A DNA stretch of 64,000 nt, from positions 1 through 64,000 of the forward strand of contig QPMI01000269.1 of assembly GCA_004431415.1 (NCBI GenBank), in the 5' to 3' direction. Positions 57,115-64,000 of the stretch are shown here, piece by piece (the first letter of the stretch is position 1; each line of letters starts with the position of its first letter). Position numbers and translations under genes: made by a program. Origin of the DNA: Cyanophora paradoxa CCMP329 (lineage: Eukaryota; Plantae; Glaucophyta). The notes beneath the pieces are model-generated. The model saw only the letters and a list, made by a program, of their open reading frames with translations, did not search any database and was not told the DNA's origin.

Positions 57115-59114
57115 ATGGCGGACGATGAGGACTACGACACGCCCCCCGAAGATTTTCTGTGCCCGCGCACTGCTCCAGCGGTATCCGCACCTGTCAGCTC
57201 GTCCTCTGCGCCCCCTGCCGCTGCGGCATCGACCCGGGTCAACCGCCCGACCATCAGCGCCCTCCCGATCCGCCCCTCCGAGCCAGACGCAAACGCGAGA
57301 GTCGATCCGGCTTCTGCGGGACAAAGCCGCCAGTCCCAGCCCCTTCCAGCGAGTTCGTCCTCTTCGACGCTGGCCGGCGCGTCTCCCGACGCAGGCCGGG
57401 CGCTGACTCCTGAGGACGAGTTGGTTATTCTCCGGCGGCAAGTAGATGTCCTCCAGCGCGAGCTCGACCACCGGCGGGGGCGAGCCGGCGAGTATCCCCG
57501 CGACCCGTACGTATACACTCCGCGCGGCGCCAATGAGCCTCGCGACCACGTGTGCCGGGCGTGCAGCGACTTCAACGGCCGCCTCGAGCGCCGCGTCTCT
57601 GCGGAGCTCGACCGCCTGCGCTCGGAGCTGCAGCAGCAGCGTGCTGAGCTGCAGCAGCAGCGCGCAGAGCTGCAGCAGCAGCAGCGCGCGGCTCGCGAGG
57701 AGGCGGAGCGGCAGACGCGCTTCTTCGACGACGAGCTCCAGCGCCTCGCCAGCCGCAAGCGCACCTTCCTCGAGGACGTCGAGGCGAAGCTGCAGGCGCC
57801 CGCGTCTCCTGTTACTCTCCCCGGCGCCTGGCAATCTCGCGCGCTGACCCGGACCGGGTGCGCAGCGCGACCTCCGGGACGCGCAGGGGCGCGCCGACGC
57901 GTTGGAGCGCGAGCTGAGCGAGCTGCGCCTCCGGCCCTCGCACCCGCAGGTCCGCTCGCGACTCCCGTCTCCCTCTCGGTTATTGCTGAATCGTTGACCG
58001 GCAAAAGGTGTCCCAGGCGTCCCCTCACGCCCCTACTTTCCACCCGGCTGTGCAGGCATCGCTGCCGCTGGAACCGCGGCCTGCCGTCCCGCATCCGCGG
58101 CCCGAGGCCTTCGCTCCCGCTCAGCCACCCGCTGGCTCGCCGCCAGCCGCCCCGCCGGTCGAACGGCCACGACCCGCCCCGCCTTCCGAGCCGCCGCGGG
58201 CCGCCCCGCCCGCTCCGGAGCCCCGGGTCGCGCCTCGTGCGTCCCGTTGCTTCATCCCCTGGTCGCGCGATCTCACGGCACCTCGCAGCGGCAGCCGCGG
58301 CCGAGCCGGTCCACTGCCCGCTCTGCGGCGAAGGTGCCACCCCCGCCGGCCGCTTGAGCGCCCCCGGCCGACCCGGCGCGCGGCGCAGCCTTCGCGGACG
58401 CTGAGCTGTGCGAGAGCCACGTGCAGTCCTGCCTCGACGACGAGCCCCCGGCGCCGCCCCCGCCCCGGCAGCAGCCCCAGCCGCCGGCCGCCCCTCAGCC
58501 GCCGGCAGCTTCCCGCCCGTCCGCGGGGCCGCTCCGCAGCCGGCCGGGCCGGCCCCCGTAGCGGCTGCGGGGGCGCCGGCCCGTCCCAGCCGATGACCCT
58601 CTTCTTCCGGTGCTCGTTGGGCGCCTCCATGCCGGTCGCCTGCACGCGGGGCGAGCGCTTCGCGGACGTCCTTGAACGCGCCCGGCAGGCCCTTCGTTGC
58701 GGGCCAATCGCCCCAGTGCGCTGCCCCCCCTTCCCCCTCCCCTTCCCCCCCCCCTCCCCCCCCCCCCCCCGGGTCCCCCCCGGCCCCCCCTCCATTTCGC
58801 GAGCCGCTGACTGGGGGCGCAGCATAACATCCGCCTCGTGACGACGATCGACCGGAACGCGCCGCTCGTGCAGGGGCAGCGGCAGCGGCAGGGGATGGCC
58901 CCGGCTTCCGTCCAGGAGGCGGTTAAGCGGCTGCAGGCGCAGGCCGACTTGCCGGTCGGCGAGACCGGCTTCCCCGACGGCGCCGAGATCTACGTCTCCG
59001 TCCAGGTCCGCCCTTCCCCGCCCCTCCGGCCTCTCCCCTTTCATTTTGCCTCTTTCTGGCTCATTCCACGCTCAACAGGTGGCTGGCCAGGATTCAGCAC
59101 CCTCAGACCGATGA
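57115..59114 (+). CDS. Coiled-coil protein with a UBZ (Rad18-type) zinc finger and a C-terminal ubiquitin-like domain
   Basis: Spliced VHCPLCGEAFADAELCESHVQSCLD (C2HC UBZ pattern); MTLFFRCSLGASMPVACTRGERFADVLERA...IRLV...LPVGETGFPDGAEIYVSV (beta-grasp-like). Confidence 0.7.
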
Positions 59115-59403
59115 GCGGCGGTTCCCGTACGCGCGTAGTTCGATTTTATTATAATTGTTTTGGTGAATTATAAACTTCTCGGGTTGATTCGAGTTAATAC
59201 TCATCCTTGTCGTGATTATATGCATATGTCTTGCGGTTGTTTGTGATTTCTTTGATTTGTGATTGCTTTGTTGCCCTTTAATATTACTACCTATAGCTAC
59301 GGGGGGTTCGCCCTACCGTAGGCTCTAATTTATAAAAAAAGGGAGTTAATACTCACTGAGAATCAATCGAGACCCTCGGGGACCTTACCCCCCATGCATC
59401 TAA

Positions 59404-62400
59404 CTAGCGTTCTAGGACATCTTCTTCTAAAAAGAGAGGGTGCTGGAGGCTATAATGATGCCCCCAATAGTCGCAAACAGCACTCGCTCGACCCTGACGG
59501 CACGCATCGGAATGGGCGGTAGTGAACAATTTCTGCGAGCTTTTCAGCGCGTGAGACGTCGAAATATCTGAAAAAACGCGCCCTGCAGTTCGCGTAGTAG
59601 CAGAACTCTGCCCCACACTGCAGAAGCAAAATATTTCACGGTCAGCGACTCATCGTATGTGCAGAGGTCGGAGTCGAAATCGACTCACCCTGCATCGTAT
59701 GTGGTTGCAGCCCCGTCTCTTTTGGACGTACATGCCGCATCTTGGGTTGGGACACTTCGGCAGACTCATCCGCCTCGCGTACTCCGCGAAAGCGCGGTCG
59801 TCCTCGCTCCTCTCGCCTTCTGGAAGCGCCTGGTACTGCGCAGGGGATTTGGTCCGGATGCGTGAGGCCGAGGCGACGCGGCCGCGGCCTGGGCAACAAG
59901 AAGCGGGCGCCTGCTCGCAGGTGATGTCGGTGTGCCAGGGGACGCGGCAGCGGGCGCAGTAGCGGCGGCTGCAGTGCAGGCAGAGGACGCCGGGGTCGCC
60001 ACTCGCAGGGTCCCACTCTGCGACGCTCTCGCAGCCGCGGTGAGGGCAGTCGCTCCGGTGCTCTGCGTGCCGGCACACGTAAGCGTGAGGGGCGGAGCAG
60101 AGATGGGTGGGGCGGCTGGGGCGGACCGCGAGGGATGTGCTCGGCGACGGTGAGGTAGCGCATGTAGAGGGCGAGGTCCTCCTCCTGCAGGCCGACGAGC
60201 ATCGCCACCGTCTCCCCGAACTCCCCCGCAAAGACCGTCCCGCACGCCGCCGCCGCCCGCGCCGCGTCCCGGCCGGGGCACTGCAGGGGGTACAGCTGCG
60301 GGTCCCGGAAGCGGGAGAGGACGTAGGCCTTGAGGCACGGCTCCGTGCAGATGTAGTGCTCGCAGTCCCCGCACCGGTTCATCTGGACCCCAATCAGGCC
60401 TCCAAAGAAGTGCGGAGGCGGGGGGGGGGCTGAAGAGGAAGGGAAGAGGGGGGAGAGGGGGGGAGAAAGGGAGGGGGAGGGCGTGGGGTGAAGGGGGTAG
60501 CTATAGGGGATACGGGGGGAGGGGGGGGGGGAGGGGGGGGGGGGGCGCACGGTGCGCTTGAGGCGGCGGCTGAGACAGACGACGCACGCCGCGAGCTCCT
60601 CCTCAAAAACGTCCTGCGCAGCCGCCGCGCGTGCCTGCCCCGCCCCGGCCCGTCGGCCTCGAGCTCCCGGTGCGGGCGGAGGGGCGGGGTGGGCGGGACC
60701 TCGAGGGCGTCGGCGCGGGCGCGGCCCTGCGCGTCGAGCCCCGGGGCGCCCCGGACGCGGCGAAGAAGACCGCCGGCCTCCGCGGCCCGCGCCCGGAGCT
60801 CTTCCTGCGCGCCCAGCAGCTCCTCCTCCTCCATCGCCTCCGCCCGGTACCGTAGCAGCGCCCTCGCCTCCTCCAGGCCGGCCACGCAGTCCTCCGCCTC
60901 GCGCAGCAGTCCCTCCAGCTGCCGCGCCGCTCGCCCTCGAGGCGCGGCCGGTGCGGGGCGGGCGGGCGCGGGGGCCGCGGGGCGCACCTCGGCGGCGGCG
61001 CGCAGTCGGGCGAGCTCGGCCTGGCGGTTGGCGCGGAGCTCGGCCAGCTCCGCCTGCGCCCTGTGCAGCTCTGCCCCGGCCGGTCAGGCGGGAGGGCGCC
61101 GGCGGCCCCGGCGGCCCCGCGGAGAGCGCGGGGGCACCCTCGGTGAGGGCGTGGGCGCGGGCCTCGGCGTCGGCCGCGCGCCTCCGCAGGCCCTCCTCGG
61201 CCAGCCGCGCCTGGCCCGCGCCTGCTGCAGCGCCGCCTCCGCCGCGTTCAGCGCCCGCCTCAGCGCCCGCTGCTCCTCCTCGGCCGTGCGGAGCCCCTTT
61301 GAATGGGATCAGCGCCGCGCTCGAGGGCGCGCGGGCGGAGCGGCCGCACCTGCCGCCTCCTGTCCTCCTCCTCCTGTACGCGATTCCTCGCGTCCCGCTC
61401 TAGCTGCCCGGCACGTTCTCAGCGGGCGGGGAGGGGAGGGAGGGGGGGGGGAGGGAGCGGGGAGGCGAGGGGGGCGGGGCGGGGGGGGGGGGGGGGGGGG
61501 GGGGAAGGGGAGGGGGGGGGGCGGGGGCGCAGGGGGCATGGGGAGGCAGGGGGAGGAAAAGGAGATCGGGAAGAGGAGCGCGAAGGAGCGAGGATCAGAG
61601 ATAACATGATGCGGCCGTACCCTGTGGCGACTCTCGCTCGCTTCCAGCAGCTCGGCCTGCTTCCCCCGCAGCTGCTCCAGCGCGCCATCGCGGTCCCGGC
61701 GCAGCGTCTCGACCTCGGCCCGCAGGTCTTCGAGATCCGCCTGCAGGCTGTCCGCGCGCTCCCGCTCGACGTCGAGATCGACCAGCGCGGCTGTGGCCGG
61801 CCCGGTCAGAGCGGCTCCAGCTGCAGGCGCAGCGATGTGCGCCGGCCCGCAGGGCGCCGGCCGCCGGGCTCACCCGCAAGGTTTCGATTGGAGTCTTCTA
61901 ATCTCTTACCCGACTCTTCGACCCTCCTCGCCAGCGCGATATTCTCCTCCTGCTGCTGGACCAGATCGCCCCGCGCCCCTGCAGGAGTAAGGCCCGATCT
62001 CAGGTACAGAGCGAGCTCGCCTGTATCTAAAGAGAAAGCACGGTCGCACTCATTAGCTCGTCCCGGGCCTCTGCGCGGCGGACGGCGCGCGGTGGAACAC
62101 AGGATATCGATCAGCTGCAAGCGCAGAGCATCCGCGGAGAGTGGCGTGCGCACTCGTGGCTACGTCCTTCCACTCTCTCAGATTCTTCTTGTATCTGCTG
62201 CACGATGAACACGCGCTCGGGCTCGCGCAATCCGCTGCGCATGCGTGGCAGCAGTTAGCGTCAGGTTAACATTCGCTTCGCGCACACGCACAACTTTGGG
62301 GGCTAGTGTCGAGCGCCGAGCTCGTAGGCTGTGCAGCGCTCGATACAGCCGGCAAGGACAGCTCCTGCAGCTGGTCATGATCGGGCTGGGGCTCGGGCTC

Positions 62401-62490
62401 GGGCTGGGCAGCATCATCGCCCGGCTCCGGAGGGGGTTCAACGGAAGGTGGCGGTTCGGACGCGCCGGTAGAAGCGGCGCTGTTCGTCAT
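59404..62490 (-). CDS. RBR E3 ubiquitin ligase 2 with N-terminal coiled coil; start uncertain
   Basis: CGDCEHYICTEPCLKAYV...YPLQCPG; IBR DCPHRGC...VLCLHCSRRYCARCRVPWHTDITCEQY; Rcat KCPNPRCGMYVQKRRGCNHIRCRCGAEFCY. Confidence 0.9.
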
Positions 62491-62673
62491 GCGCGCGCTA
62501 ACTGGGCCCATGCATATGCGCGGTTTAGATAGTAAAGTTGTTTACTTAGGTCAACTCGCGAGTAGGCGTAGAGCAGCTGTACCCGAGGCACGACTGCCCG
62601 CCCCTCTTCAGTTGTTGTACCCGAGTGCGCCGTCGCGCCTCGAGCTCTGCAGAGCGTTCCGGCCGTACACAAC

Positions 62674-64000
62674 ATGGTTGTCGAGACCCGTGGCCGCACG
62701 GCCACTCGCGCAGCCTCGGAGGCGGGACCATCGCGGTTCCCGAGTGCACCTCCCGATCCGCGCCAGCCGGAGGCGCCAGCAGCTACACCGGTAGCTACAG
62801 CGGTAGGAGACGCGGGCTCGCAGCTGCAGACGACCTCAGATCTGCAGCCGCCCGTCGGGATCGCCCCTGCGTCAGGGCTCGCCTCGCACTCCGCGCAGGC
62901 CGAGCAGCAGCATCCCGGCGGCCCCGCCGCTCCTCCTGCGTCGACAGCGCCGCTGCTGCAGCAGACTTCGCACGCGGCTGCCGCCCCCCCCGCACCCGCG
63001 GGCGGGGGTTCCGCGGCCGCGCCGTCGACCCCGGCATCCGGATCCGCGCCGCATCAGCCCGCCCCCGTGCTCGCACCTCGCATGCGGGAGGCCAGTGCTT
63101 CGCGCGCGCAGCCGGCTGGACCCCTCGCAGTCCTGCCCGGCCCCGGATCGCCGGCCCCCGTGGTGGATCTGTCACAGCTCGGCCCGATGCTGACCCAGCA
63201 GCTCGCGGCGAGCGTGCAGCAGGCAACCGCCTCGGCGGTTGCGGCAGCGGTTGCTCCCTTGGCGCGCGACCTCAGCGTCCTCACGAGCGCCTTCGACCAG
63301 CAGCGCACTGTGTTGACGCAGCACCAGAGCCTGCTCGAGCACTTGCAGCGGCCCGCTCCCACGGAGCAGCGCCAGGTCACTCACCTGCCGCTCGAGGCCC
63401 CTGCCCCGCTGCCGGCCCCCGGCGCCCCCGCCGGCTCGGCCCTGTCCCACCACGTCCCCGCCGCCCCCGCCGCCGTCCCCGGTGCTGTATTCGTTCCGCA
63501 GAGCGCACCGTCCCGCTCTTTCGCGCATGGCGCGGCTGCCGACCCGCCCCCGGCATCGCAGACCGATGTATCCCAGGCGGTGGTGCAGGCCCTGGTGCAG
63601 GCCCTGCCGGCGGCGCTTGCGGGCGCAGGCATCGCATTCGGAGGTGCTGGTGCCGCGCCCCCCTCGACGGACGGGAGCGCCCGTGTCAGCACCCTTCCTG
63701 CGCGCATCTTCACAGGCCAGGCTGGTGAGCGCCTTGTGGCGGCGATTCGGGCGGGGGGGCCTTTCGATTTCCGTAGGCTCTTTCTAGACCCCGTCTTCTC
63801 CCCCTCCGCCACCCCGTCGGGCCTCCCGTCCTCCGCCACGGGCGCCATCGCCGTGTCGCTCGACCCCGTCTCGGGCCAGCTGGTCCTCCAGGCGCACTCC
63901 GCCGCGTCCAGCCCCGGCTCGCAGCGCGAGCAGCTCGCCTTCCCCGACCTCCTCCTGTGCCTCCAGCTCCTCGCCTTCCAGATCTCCACGGACACCGTGC
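62674..64000 (+). mobile_element. Intronless ORF of at least 442 codons, open at the window end; gag-like ORF of a retroelement (DIRS/Ngaro-type suspected)
   Basis: Not in the ORF track because it has no stop. Reads MVVETRGRT..., a Pro/Ala-rich stretch, short coiled coil LARDLSVLTSAFDQQRTVL, then ERLVAAIRAGGPFDFRRLFL; lacks the CCCCG-rich introns seen in the neighbouring host genes. Confidence 0.5.

Noticed and set aside
62-63995. Hundreds of long Arg/Pro/Gly/Ala-rich ORFs on both strands suggesting overlapping or antisense genes
   Set aside because: Expected from very high GC and stop-free GC-rich introns; they are off-frame or antisense shadows of spliced genes.
1-64000. tRNA, rRNA or snRNA genes and alternative genetic code
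   Set aside because: None recognised by eye, and conserved exons translate cleanly with the standard code; a covariance-model scan is needed to exclude small RNAs.

Overview
Very GC-rich, intron-dense eukaryotic nuclear DNA. The six-frame ORF track is mostly noise because real genes are split by many 50-100 nt GC-rich introns, so gene models were traced by hand and boundaries are approximate. A Phe-motif plastid transit peptide (MTAFVS...), intron-containing pyruvate formate-lyase and the base composition suggest an alga with a primary plastid, most likely a glaucophyte such as Cyanophora (inference only). Contents in order: 3' part of PFL copy 1; SPX-EXS (XPR1/SYG1/PHO1) phosphate exporter; a perfect 38-bp-arm hairpin; an unknown gene partly caught in a 3.78-kb tandem duplication; an Orai-like 4-TM protein with two zinc ribbons head-to-head (67 bp) with a plastid carotenoid oxygenase; a Nup153/Nup1-like FG nucleoporin; an F-box gene; an FtsX/MacB-type permease; a complete inverted PFL copy 2; two tandem C2-like paralogues; an unknown conserved-looking gene; a 14-kb cluster of ubiquitin-system genes (RING-TRAF, RING, two RBR ligases, UBZ-Ubl); and an intronless gag-like ORF running off the right end. 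The most striking general signal is the splicing code: donors read G(T/C)(G/C)CGC instead of GTRAGT, about 30% of hand-traced introns are GC-AG, there is often no polypyrimidine tract, and there are 4-12 nt microexons. Homopolymer indels are common, so apparent frameshifts were not treated as biology.
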